A DNA stretch of 64,000 bases from an uncultured Gammaproteobacteria bacterium. GTDB lineage: Bacteria > Pseudomonadota > Gammaproteobacteria > SZUA-229. Shown piece by piece: positions 50,507 to 59,032 of the stretch. Location of the stretch: assembly GCA_963807625.1 (NCBI GenBank), contig CAWECN010000012.1, positions 259,583 to 323,582 on the forward strand. The letters run 5' to 3'. Below the pieces are notes generated by a model that did not search any database, was not told where the DNA came from, and saw nothing but the letters and a program-made list of their open reading frames with translations. The number at the start of each line of letters is the position of its first letter. The stretch's first letter is position 1. The translations under genes and the position numbers were made by a program.

Positions 50507-51424
50507 ATGAGCCAAGACGACACTTTCAAATTCGACCTACCGCACTCAAGCCCTGTGGCACCGACACGACTTGAACTGGAAGATAAATTAAAATTCCGTT
50601 GCCACCGCGGTGTCTCCTGCTGGAACAGGTGCTGTTCTAAAGCCGATGTAACCCTGGCGCCCTATGACATCATCCGCATGAAAAACGCACTGGGCATAGA
50701 CTCTACCGAGTTCCTGAAAGAACATACGGTGCCTTTTGAACTTGATTCTCATAACGTACCCGGCCTGAAACTTCGCACAGATGAAAGCGGGGCCTGCCTG
50801 TTCGTGAAAGAAGAAGGTTGTTCTATCTACGAAGACCGCCCTACTGCCTGCCGTTATTATCCATCCGGTCTGCTGTCGATGAAGTCGATCAGCGAATCGG
50901 CTGATGAACGTCACTTTCTACTGATCCAGGAAGATCACTGCAAAGGTCACGATGAAGATCAGATCCAGACTATCGGTGAATACCGTAAAGAACAGGGCGT
51001 AGAAATTTATGATGACCTTAACCACGAATGGTACCAGATCATCCTGAAGAAAAAATCGACTGGCCCTACCATCGGTAAACCGTCCGAGATGAGCCTGCAG
51101 ATGTTCTTCATGGCCAGTTACGATGTCGATCGTTTCCGCCGCTTCGTGATGAGCGACGCCTTCATCAAGATGTATGATCTGACCGATGAAGAGTATGCTG
51201 AACTTGAAAAAGATGACATCGCCCTGATGCAGTTCGGTTTCAAACTGATGAAGCAGGTATTCTTTGGCGAGATGACGATCAAAGAACGCGAGGGTGCCTG
51301 GGAGAAACGTGTTGAAGAACGCAAAGAGATTCTTGAATTTCGTAAGCAGGCTGAGATCGCCGAGCATCAAAGAAAACAGGAAGAAGCACGGGCTGCAGCT
51401 ATAGACTCTGGTAAAGACGACTAG
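50507..51424 (+). CDS. YkgJ/UPF0153-family Cys-rich (CxxCxxCC) Fe/Zn-binding protein with a charged C-terminal coiled-coil tail
   Basis: CHRGVSCWNRCC...VTLAPYD and GACLFVKEEGCSIYEDRPTACRYYP match both halves of PF03692. C-terminal EKRVEERKEILEFRKQAEIAEHQRKQEEARAA. Confidence 0.6.
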   Translation: MSQDDTFKFDLPHSSPVAPTRLELEDKLKFRCHRGVSCWNRCCSKADVTLAPYDIIRMKNALGIDSTEFLKEHTVPFELDSHNVPGLKLRTDESGACLFVKEEGCSIYEDRPTACRYYPSGLLSMKSISESADERHFLLIQEDHCKGHDEDQIQTIGEYRKEQGVEIYDDLNHEWYQIILKKKSTGPTIGKPSEMSLQMFFMASYDVDRFRRFVMSDAFIKMYDLTDEEYAELEKDDIALMQFGFKLMKQVFFGEMTIKEREGAWEKRVEERKEILEFRKQAEIAEHQRKQEEARAAAIDSGKDD

Positions 51425-51432
51425 CAATTCAG

Positions 51433-51987
51433 TTGCACAAAAAATCCGATATACACATGATGATTAACAATAGTACCGTTACCGTTGGCATTCTCTCCGA
51501 TTCACACGGTTTTTTAGACCCGCGGATTGCCGAGACAGTCAACCAGTGTGACCATATCGTGCATGCTGGTGACATCTTTAACGCCCATGTATTATCACAG
51601 CTAAAGCCTAAAGAAAAGCTGGTCGCCGTTGCAGGAAATAATGACTTTTCTGATTTCTGGAGAGAAGAAGAGGCCGAAGTTGTCAATGACCTTCCGAGTA
51701 CTGACCAGCTCGAATTACCCGGTGGTATGCTGGTCGTGGAACATGGCCACCGATTTGGTAACCACCCCGCTCATGAACAGCTACGCACAAGCCATACAGC
51801 AGCCCGTATCATCGTTTATGGTCATACCCATCACAGGATCATCGACCAGGACGCGGAGCCCTGGGTGGTCAATCCTGGTGCTTCAGGAAAGGTTCGTACG
51901 CATGGTGGACCATCATGCCTGGTACTGCATGCCAATCAAGATGAATGGAAGATTGATACTGTATTATTTGCCGATACTGCTGCTTAG
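51433..51987 (+). CDS. YfcE-like metallophosphoesterase (calcineurin-like)
   Basis: GILSDSHG, HAGD, GNND and GHTH metallophosphatase motifs. Confidence 0.7.
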   Translation: MHKKSDIHMMINNSTVTVGILSDSHGFLDPRIAETVNQCDHIVHAGDIFNAHVLSQLKPKEKLVAVAGNNDFSDFWREEEAEVVNDLPSTDQLELPGGMLVVEHGHRFGNHPAHEQLRTSHTAARIIVYGHTHHRIIDQDAEPWVVNPGASGKVRTHGGPSCLVLHANQDEWKIDTVLFADTAA

Positions 51988-51994
51988 ATCAACT

Positions 51995-52044
51995 CTGTAG
52001 GAGCGGAAAAATCTGTTTGGAACAGTCTCTTCCGCTCCTACGAA
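51995..52044. repeat. Inverted pair of REP-like elements (BIME-like), probable bidirectional terminator
   Basis: CTGTAGGAGCGGAAAAATCTGTTTGGAACAGTCTCTTCCGCTCCTACGAA. Confidence 0.65.
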
Positions 52045-52050
52045 CTAATA

Positions 52051-52785
52051 TTAAGCTTTAATATAAACCCAGCCTTTCTCCAGACGATCTGGTATCAGAT
52101 CTCTCGCCGACTTATCCGAGTCCACACCCGGTAAAAGTTTGATTTCGATACCTTCTCTCTTTTGTGCTTTCGCGACGGACCTCTCACAGGCAAAGAAAGA
52201 GACATCATCATCTTCGATCATTTTCTGAATACGTTCGACATAGGGTGACACACCCGGTCTTAACATATTGATGCCACCTTTATTAGTGATGACATCCAGC
52301 TTCATCGGTACGTTGGCTTTTTTATAGGTTGCTAGCAGATGGTCTACTTCATTCAATGCCGCATTTACAACCTGCAGATCACCGGAATCGATATGCAGGA
52401 TAATCTTACGATTACCATGATCCACAGCTACGTGATTTGCCACATACTGAAAAGTATTTTCAGCAGACACCTCACCGATTGATTGAGGACTGTAATGATA
52501 TGTCTCCCAACCGAGGAATACACCGATAACAAGTGTCACTGATGCCGCTATCGCCCTGCCAAACATAGAGTATGATTTTTTTGCCTGCTGGTTTTCATAA
52601 TCAGGTCCAGGTACGTCACTATAGGCATAGCCGATCAGTTCACGAACGGCTTTTAACTGGCAGACACGTTCACGCAACTCCTTATCTTCCATTACCGCCT
52701 GGCGTATTTCATTCAGCTCATCTGTATCGAGCTCTTCGTCGATGAACAGGTTTAATTGATCATCAGAGAGATCTTTGATCGTCAT
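52051..52785 (-). CDS. RseA-like anti-sigma factor with a periplasmic DsrE/YchN-like (COG1416) domain
   Basis: The N-terminal LSDDQLNLFIDEELDTDELNEI is RseA-type. One TM (AIAASVTLVIGVFLGW). The C-terminal 120 aa align with the DsrE-like ORF 54038..54526 (KIILHID..D...ALNEV; SFFACERSV; EKGWVYIKA versus KVVYHINYD; EFNVCENTV; AMGYSYIKP). The start codon overlaps the sigma-factor stop. Confidence 0.7.
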   Translation of the reverse strand: MTIKDLSDDQLNLFIDEELDTDELNEIRQAVMEDKELRERVCQLKAVRELIGYAYSDVPGPDYENQQAKKSYSMFGRAIAASVTLVIGVFLGWETYHYSPQSIGEVSAENTFQYVANHVAVDHGNRKIILHIDSGDLQVVNAALNEVDHLLATYKKANVPMKLDVITNKGGINMLRPGVSPYVERIQKMIEDDDVSFFACERSVAKAQKREGIEIKLLPGVDSDKSARDLIPDRLEKGWVYIKA

Positions 52786-53333
52786 TATTTTACCCTTCGT
52801 AATTTAAATTCAGATATTTCATCTGAACCAAACTCCAGTAACTGTTGCTTTAAATTCTTTCGTGCTCTAAAGAGGCGGCTCATCACTGTTCCGATGGGGA
52901 CCTTGGTAATCTCTGCAATTTCTGCATAACTAAAACCTGCAAAATCTGCCAGTGTAACTACTTCACGTAATGCCATGGGTAACTGCTCGACAGACTCCCT
53001 CACCCGTTTGACTATCTCCGACTGCTGGTAGTTGTCCGAATGTCCCGCCTGTTGTTCATCATGCATCTCGACAAACTCGACATTCCTGCCTTTGACACGC
53101 AAATAATCCTGCCAGCTGTTATAAAGGATGCGATACAGCCAGCTGTCTAATGTGTTTACATCACGCAGTTTAGAAGCGTTCTTTATGGCCTTGTATATGG
53201 TTTCCTGTACCAGGTCATCGGCCAGAGCTGGATCATGGCACCAGGAATACGCGATTCTATATAACTTGTTACGCCGTGCAGCAAACTCAGATTTTAGTGT
53301 GATTGCTGCTACCAGATTTTTAACAACTTTCAT
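52785..53333 (-). CDS. ECF (sigma-24 family) RNA polymerase sigma factor
   Basis: Region 2 (DDLVQETIYKAIKN...WLYRILYN) and region 4 (SYAEIAEITKVPIGTVMSRLFRARKNL). Confidence 0.85.
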   Translation of the reverse strand: MKVVKNLVAAITLKSEFAARRNKLYRIAYSWCHDPALADDLVQETIYKAIKNASKLRDVNTLDSWLYRILYNSWQDYLRVKGRNVEFVEMHDEQQAGHSDNYQQSEIVKRVRESVEQLPMALREVVTLADFAGFSYAEIAEITKVPIGTVMSRLFRARKNLKQQLLEFGSDEISEFKLRRVK

Positions 53334-53453
53334 ATAAACTCCCAATATCTCAATAATAGACGCAACACCCGCAAAAATATTCCAATACTTTTATGTGAAT
53401 AATTAACCAGCCACGTGCGTCTCTATAGCTACCAATATATCAAATGAGAGCAA

Positions 53454-53993
53454 ATGAAACCGAATTTTTACAATTTTATTAGATCATGTCTAGTTATTTC
53501 AACGTTGCTGTCTATTACCAGTAGCAACGTATATGCAGCATTCGATATAACACTTAAAAGTACAGATGATAGCGAGCATAAACTCTCGGACTATATCGGC
53601 CAGGGAAAATGGGTCGTTTTGAACATATGGGGCACTCGCTGCCCACCCTGTCGTGAAGAGATGCCAGAACTTGTCAGATTTCATGATGAACACAACAGTG
53701 TTGACGCCATCGTCGTTGGTATAGCCATAGATTTCCCCAGTTATGGCTACGCAAAAAAAGGCGAAGTAATAGCTTTTGCTGATGATTATCTCATCGATTT
53801 TCCGTTGCTGCTAAGTGACGCAGACATTACCGAAAAAACAGGATTAGGACGATTAGAAGGACTGCCTACCACGTATGTTTTTAACCCCGGCGGTAAAGTA
53901 GTCGGCGTACAGGTAGGCGGTATCACAAAAAAGATTATTGAAGACTTTATCAACAAATTGAAGCTGCAATCCCTGAACAGCTCAATTAACTAA
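53454..53993 (+). CDS. TlpA/ResA-like periplasmic thiol:disulfide oxidoreductase (thioredoxin fold)
   Basis: Signal peptide. WVVLNIWGTRCPPCREEMPEL is the CxxC active site in TlpA context. Confidence 0.8.
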   Translation: MKPNFYNFIRSCLVISTLLSITSSNVYAAFDITLKSTDDSEHKLSDYIGQGKWVVLNIWGTRCPPCREEMPELVRFHDEHNSVDAIVVGIAIDFPSYGYAKKGEVIAFADDYLIDFPLLLSDADITEKTGLGRLEGLPTTYVFNPGGKVVGVQVGGITKKIIEDFINKLKLQSLNSSIN

Positions 53994-54037
53994 AAAAACA
54001 AGGGCACAAACCACACCAAACCAGAAGAGGATATAAG

Positions 54038-54526
54038 ATGAACACATTAAAAACAAAGTTACTGACCGCCTTTATGATGAGTATATGCCTGTTGATGATG
54101 ACCACGGCACATGCAAACGAACGTTATGGCAAACAGAAAGTGGTTTACCACATCAACTATGACAACCCTAAGAAACAGGCTGGTGCATTACGTAACATAC
54201 AGAATCATATCAATGCTGTCGGTGCTGAAAACCTGGATTTGAAAGTAGTACTACACGGCAATGGACTGGCGCTTTTGTTAGACCCGGACTCATTAGAAAA
54301 ATTAACAAAATTCAAGAATGCCAATGCTAATGAAACCATGACAGCAAAGATTGACGGTCTCAAAAGTCAGGGTGTCGAGTTCAATGTATGCGAAAACACT
54401 GTGCGTGGTCGGAAAGTAAACGTTGATTCTGATCTTTACAATGTCGACAAGAAAGATATCGTTCCGAGTGGTGTCGCTGAAGTCGCCAGGCTGCAGGCGA
54501 TGGGTTATTCATACATAAAACCATAA
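54038..54526 (+). CDS. Periplasmic DsrE/DsrF-like (YchN-fold, COG1416) protein
   Basis: Signal peptide (TTAHANE). KVVYHINYDNPKK..ALRNIQNHI...LKVVLHGNGL and GVEFNVCENTVRGRKV...VPSGVAEVARLQAMGYSYIKP match the family. A conserved Cys is present. Confidence 0.7.
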   Translation: MNTLKTKLLTAFMMSICLLMMTTAHANERYGKQKVVYHINYDNPKKQAGALRNIQNHINAVGAENLDLKVVLHGNGLALLLDPDSLEKLTKFKNANANETMTAKIDGLKSQGVEFNVCENTVRGRKVNVDSDLYNVDKKDIVPSGVAEVARLQAMGYSYIKP

Positions 54527-54663
54527 TCGCTTATTACTCATAGATAGTCGCAGTTATAGATTCAGTACAGGTTTATTTTCAGATCAACGTGAATAATTAT
54601 CTTACTGAGCCGTCTAACAAAACGAACTATGTTTTTTTATAAACCAAAACAATAACATGAAAT

Positions 54664-55117
54664 TTGGAGACATTAATGAAAAACCTATTATCAGTATTTC
54701 TTCTTTTGATGGCAGTCAGCACCAGCTATCAGATCCAGGCAGCAGAAGAAGACAAACCTTTTGCGGAAGAAAGAATCGTATTACAGATAAGCGACAACGA
54801 CCCTTCGAAACAGACATTAGTGCTTAATGTTGCATCAAACCTGGTCAAACATTACGGCCAGGATAAAGTTGACGTGGAAATTGTTGCCTTCGGCCCGGGA
54901 TTACGTCTGATGTTTAAAGACAATGTTAATAAAGGTCGTATTAGGGACTGACATCGCAGTGGTGTCAAGTTCGCCGCCTGCAAAAACACGATTACCGAGC
55001 ATGACTAAAATTTTAGGTCATGCACCAGAGATGAATAGTAATGCAGCACCCGTTTCAGCCGGAGTGGTACGCATTATCGACTTAGAAAACCAGGGATTTA
55101 AACTGCTTAAACCCTAA
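54664..55117 (+). pseudogene. DsrE-like paralog disrupted by an in-frame TGA and a downstream frameshift
   Basis: Frame 1 reads ...RIVLQISDNDPSKQTLVLNVASNL...NKGRIRD, then TGA at 54949–54951, then HRSGVKFAACKNTITEHD, then a stop. The homologous C-terminus ...PVSAGVVRIIDLENQGFKLLKP continues in another frame (ORF 54923..55117). Confidence 0.55.
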
Positions 55118-55166
55118 AATAAATCGTACCTATAAAAATAATATTTCCTTTCGGGAGGATGAAGAA

Positions 55167-56630
55167 TGAATTACAAGAATAAATTATTAATGAAAGCAAT
55201 TGGAGTCGCGCTATTGAGCAGCACTTCGACTGTACAGGCCGCAAACTGGTTGATGCTGCAAGGCACAGAACCAGCGGGAGCAGCTGCACGTGCCAAAGTG
55301 TGGGGTTTCATTCAGGCGCAGTATCAAAAAGACAACAAGTGACGCAAATATTGCAGACGGTTACATTCCACCCAAACTCATTGGGCCAAACCTTGATACA
55401 CAGAGCTCTTTCAATGTTAATCGCGCACGTATTGGTGTTCGTGGCACTGGAATGCCAATAGATTCAGCAAAGTGAACTACTTCATACTTGCTGAATTTGG
55501 TAATAACGGTATTACTGCACCTGGCGGTTACAGCCCAGCGCTAACAGATGCCAGTGTTACATTAAACCATATACCAGGTGCCGAATACGTGCCGGTTTGT
55601 TTAAAACCCCGGTGCTGAGGAGGGGCTACAGGCTATCCACGTTTTTGATTACATTAATTTCACCACCGTAACAAACCAGATGATGTTGGAAAGATTCCCA
55701 AACACTACTTACACACCTAATACTCCAGCGCAAACACTACCAACAGATACGCCATTGACAGAGGTTGGATATACCCAATCTGTCAGCGCTTTTCGTGATG
55801 TAGGTATCCAGGTATTTGATACCTTTAAAGTAGGCACATGGGAACACAGTTACGCTGCCATGATCGGCAATGGTAATGGCCTGAGCCGTGGTAATTACAA
55901 TGGTAGTTATGATAAGTACCTTTACTGGTCTTCTGAAAATGTATATGGTGGTAAAGGCGGACGAAGAGAAGGCTTAAAGATGTTTGCATGGGGACAGACC
56001 GGCAAGCGTACGTTAGATAACACTAACAACTTTACTGCTACAACTACAAGCACACCTGTACTTGATTCTACTGGAACACCCACCGGCGATACTATCGAGA
56101 CCACTGTCAATACACCGATCCATGATCCCAAAGAATATGATCGCGATCGATACGGCCTGGGTTTCAAATACCTGCAAAGACCTTTCCGTGTTTCTGCCGA
56201 GTACCTGATAGGCAAAGGCATGATCTTTGTCGGCCCGGATAAACCATCAATGTGGGTAAACGATGCAGCCGGAGCAGTTGCCCAGGGTGTTGGCGATGGT
56301 GCAGACGGCGAAGCTAATGGCTACTACCTCGAAGGTGGCTGGTATATCCCGGACACGAACTGGGAAATCGACTTGCGTTACGATGTCTATAATCGTCTAA
56401 CGGATGATAAACAGGGCACTGCAGGTCCTCTCGCCGGAAAATCACTTGAAGTGCAGTTCAATACTGTAACGTTAGGTACTCAGTATCACTTCAACAAGAA
56501 AACTCGTGTCAATGCTGAAGTAGCATTTAGGGACTTTGAAGCCCCTGACTGGGCATCAGGTGCAGGTCCGAACTCTAACCTCGATAACATGGGCGAACGT
56601 TATGCGATACAGCTAACCCACATCTTCTAA
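55167..56630 (+). pseudogene. Porin gene broken into at least four frame segments
   Basis: MNYKNKLLMKAIGVALLSSTSTVQA...QKDNK, then stop. It continues in other frames as SDANIADGYIPPK..., VNYFILAEFGNNG..., and ORF 55680..56630, which ends ...AIQLTHIF. Together they make one roughly 480-aa beta-barrel porin. Confidence 0.55.
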
Positions 56631-56694
56631 CTTGATAACAGAAAAATAAATGTTTGACTCCTGCCTTGTTAAGTTTATCCAAGGCACACTCCAA

Positions 56695-56722
56695 AGGGCC
56701 CGCAAGGGCCCTGTTTTTTTTA
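56695..56722 (+). terminator. Rho-independent terminator
   Basis: AGGGCC-CGCA-AGGGCCCTG followed by T8. Confidence 0.75.
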
Positions 56723-56755
56723 AACCTTCAAATAACAACGAGGTATACTCAGGTC

Positions 56756-57223
56756 ATGAATTCTGTCAATAAAATTTCTGTCCAGGCACTCGTCATCACG
56801 ATACTGTTGAGCACACAGGCCTATGCGGACAACTCGAATGGAATGATAATTATTAAAAGCAACAATAGTGTTACAGCTACAATCGATAAACTTGAAAATG
56901 TCCTTAAAACAAAGGGCATGACAATTTTTAAACGAGTAAATCATGCAGCGGGGGCAGAAAAAGCAGGTCTACAGTTACGTCCCACAGAGCTGCTTATCTT
57001 CGGTAATCCAAAAGTCGGCACACCCTTGATGTTATGTTCACAGACAGCCGCTTTAGACCTGCCACAAAAAGCACTGGCTTATGAAGATGAGGATGGCAAG
57101 GTGTGGCTGGCATATAACGATCCTGCTTACATGGCGAAAAGACACGGTATACAGGGCTGTGAGAAACCGCTTCAAAAAGTTACTAATGCACTCGCTAAAT
57201 TCACCAGGATAGCAACTGAATAA
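56756..57223 (+). CDS. Secreted DUF302-domain protein
   Basis: Signal peptide (LSTQAYADN). ...RVNHAAGAEKAGLQLRPTELLIFGNPKVGTPLM...LDLPQKALAYEDEDGKVWLAYNDP matches the DUF302 pattern. Start at the internal Met of ORF 56654..57223. Confidence 0.65.
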   Translation: MNSVNKISVQALVITILLSTQAYADNSNGMIIIKSNNSVTATIDKLENVLKTKGMTIFKRVNHAAGAEKAGLQLRPTELLIFGNPKVGTPLMLCSQTAALDLPQKALAYEDEDGKVWLAYNDPAYMAKRHGIQGCEKPLQKVTNALAKFTRIATE

Positions 57224-57232
57224 ACGACAACA

Positions 57233-57263
57233 CCTGTAGGAGCGGATTGCAATCCGCGATGCC
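57233..57263. repeat. REP-like element (GTAGGAGCGG core with palindrome GCGGATTGCAATCCGC)
   Basis: CCTGTAGGAGCGGATTGCAATCCGCGATGCC, between convergent genes. Confidence 0.65.
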
Positions 57264-57352
57264 ATAGCGTTACATGTTTAACCATGCGTTTAATTGCATA
57301 CACATATGTATCAGGTACGGATCGCAGAATACATACCGTATCCTACAAATGA

Positions 57353-58168
57353 TCAATCCAGGGTCTTTAAATAATCAAACAGTACCTGGCGGTTATCTTT
57401 TGTTATCATTGCATTACTGTGGTCACTATCGATCAGCTTGAACGACTTCGGCTCTTTCGCTGCCTCGAACAGCCGCTCCGCATGAGACATTCCAATCATC
57501 TCATCTGTCTTACTATGAATGATCAAAACAGGTATTGGTGAGATCAGTCCGATGGAATCAAGCGGACGATATGAATTATCAACCGTGAATGACAGTGGCC
57601 ATTGGAACAGCCAGAACAGCCAGCTTTTTGCTAAAACATCCTGGGTGATATCATGATAATCACTGAATGCAGCTATGGTGATCAGTGCTTCGATCCTGTC
57701 ACGATACGCACTGTGCGCGACGGAATAGATGGCCATAGCCCCCCCCAGACTGTGGCCCATCACGATCAGCTTTTCGTTATCGGGTAATCCACGGGCAACA
57801 TATGAGATCATCAGCTCCATATCGCTGATAACAGTATCCAGCTCTGCTTCACCCTGTGACAAACCGTAGCCACGATAGTCAAAGACATACAGGTCATACC
57901 CCTCCTTCGCCAGCCAGAAGGTATTCGGTAACTGGGTACTGACGTTATCCCCATTGCCATGGAAGAAAAGGATAGTTCCTGCCTTCTTCTTTTCAGCGTG
58001 TAGTCTCCAGCCATGCAGCTTTATCCCGTCAGCCGTATCTATATAGATATCTTCATAAATTAATTCTGCCGAATCAGGTGTGACCGGAAATGATTTTTTT
58101 GGAAAAAACAGATAGTTACTGCATGCTGACAGAAAGATCACACAAGAAAGAATCCAGTACCGAGACAT
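57353..58168 (-). CDS. Alpha/beta-hydrolase lipoprotein (S33/BAAT-like)
   Basis: Lipobox LSAC. HGNGDN and the nucleophile elbow GHSLGG. 271 aa. Confidence 0.75.
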   Translation of the reverse strand: MSRYWILSCVIFLSACSNYLFFPKKSFPVTPDSAELIYEDIYIDTADGIKLHGWRLHAEKKKAGTILFFHGNGDNVSTQLPNTFWLAKEGYDLYVFDYRGYGLSQGEAELDTVISDMELMISYVARGLPDNEKLIVMGHSLGGAMAIYSVAHSAYRDRIEALITIAAFSDYHDITQDVLAKSWLFWLFQWPLSFTVDNSYRPLDSIGLISPIPVLIIHSKTDEMIGMSHAERLFEAAKEPKSFKLIDSDHSNAMITKDNRQVLFDYLKTLD

Positions 58169-58458
58169 TATTGTAAGTTATATTTTGCAGAAAACATGTA
58201 GTGCAAAAATTAACACAAAACGATTAACGACACAGAATAATTATTTATTAGAATTTCATAATATACTGGCAAAAAATCCAGCTGTGCGCATAAACACATA
58301 TTTCCCGCCATAACCATGGCTGGCAGAGCGACGAAATGGTATGTAATATCAAGCATATAGTAGCGATATAAAATATCACTTCATTCAGCTTGCACGTCAC
58401 CACATTTTTCGCTTATTATCTTGTCTCTTTATAAAGATAATCTATACAAAATCGGAGT

Positions 58459-58941
58459 TTGAGAATGAAAAAAATAATTGCAGGTTTAGCTCTATTAAGT
58501 GCATCTTCAGTAGCAATGGCTGAAGCACCAGGCGGCCCGAACTGTGGTTGGGGAAACATGTTGTTTGAAGGGCAGTCAGGCCTGGGTGCACATTTCATCG
58601 CATCGATCACAAACGGTACTTCTGGTAACAACACATTTGGTATGACAACCGGCACTAATGGCTGCTCAACATCTGGCACATTGACTTATGGTGGTAGATC
58701 AATGGTTAGCTCTATCATGGGTGAGTTCTCCGAAGACGTTGCTGCCGGTGAAGGCGATGCAATGGATACAGTTGCTGTAATCTATGGTGTAGAAAAGCAG
58801 GATCGTGCAACATTTGCAAAAGTGATGCATGAAAACTTTGCTGTTATCTTTCCAAATGAAGATGTAACAGCTGATGAGATGATTGCTTCTATCGAGGAAG
58901 TAATGAAAACTGATAAAACTTTAGCTAAATACATCGCTTAA
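58459..58941 (+). CDS. Secreted DUF3015-like protein
   Basis: Signal peptide. PGGPNCGWGNMLFEGQSG...TNGTSGNNTFGMTTGTNGC matches my recollection of DUF3015 proteins of proteobacteria. Confidence 0.5.
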   Translation: MRMKKIIAGLALLSASSVAMAEAPGGPNCGWGNMLFEGQSGLGAHFIASITNGTSGNNTFGMTTGTNGCSTSGTLTYGGRSMVSSIMGEFSEDVAAGEGDAMDTVAVIYGVEKQDRATFAKVMHENFAVIFPNEDVTADEMIASIEEVMKTDKTLAKYIA

Positions 58942-58961
58942 TAATTCTAGCCTTTAAAAGA

Positions 58962-59006
58962 AGCCCTGCATTCCAGGATTATATATCCTGGATACAGGGC
59001 TTTTTT
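58962..59006 (+). terminator. Rho-independent terminator (nested hairpin)
   Basis: AGCCCTG...TCCAGGAT-TATATA-ATCCTGGA...CAGGGCT-TTTTT. Confidence 0.7.
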
Positions 59007-59032
59007 ATGTCACATCTCTAGCAGTATCCCCT

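Noticed and set aside
54949-54951. In-frame TGA in the DsrE-like paralog as a selenocysteine codon (selU is nearby)
   Set aside because: The TGA aligns with a Gly/Leu position of the paralog and not with the conserved Cys. A frameshift follows 50–80 nt downstream. No SECIS-like hairpin is evident immediately 3'. Kept only as a low-probability alternative.
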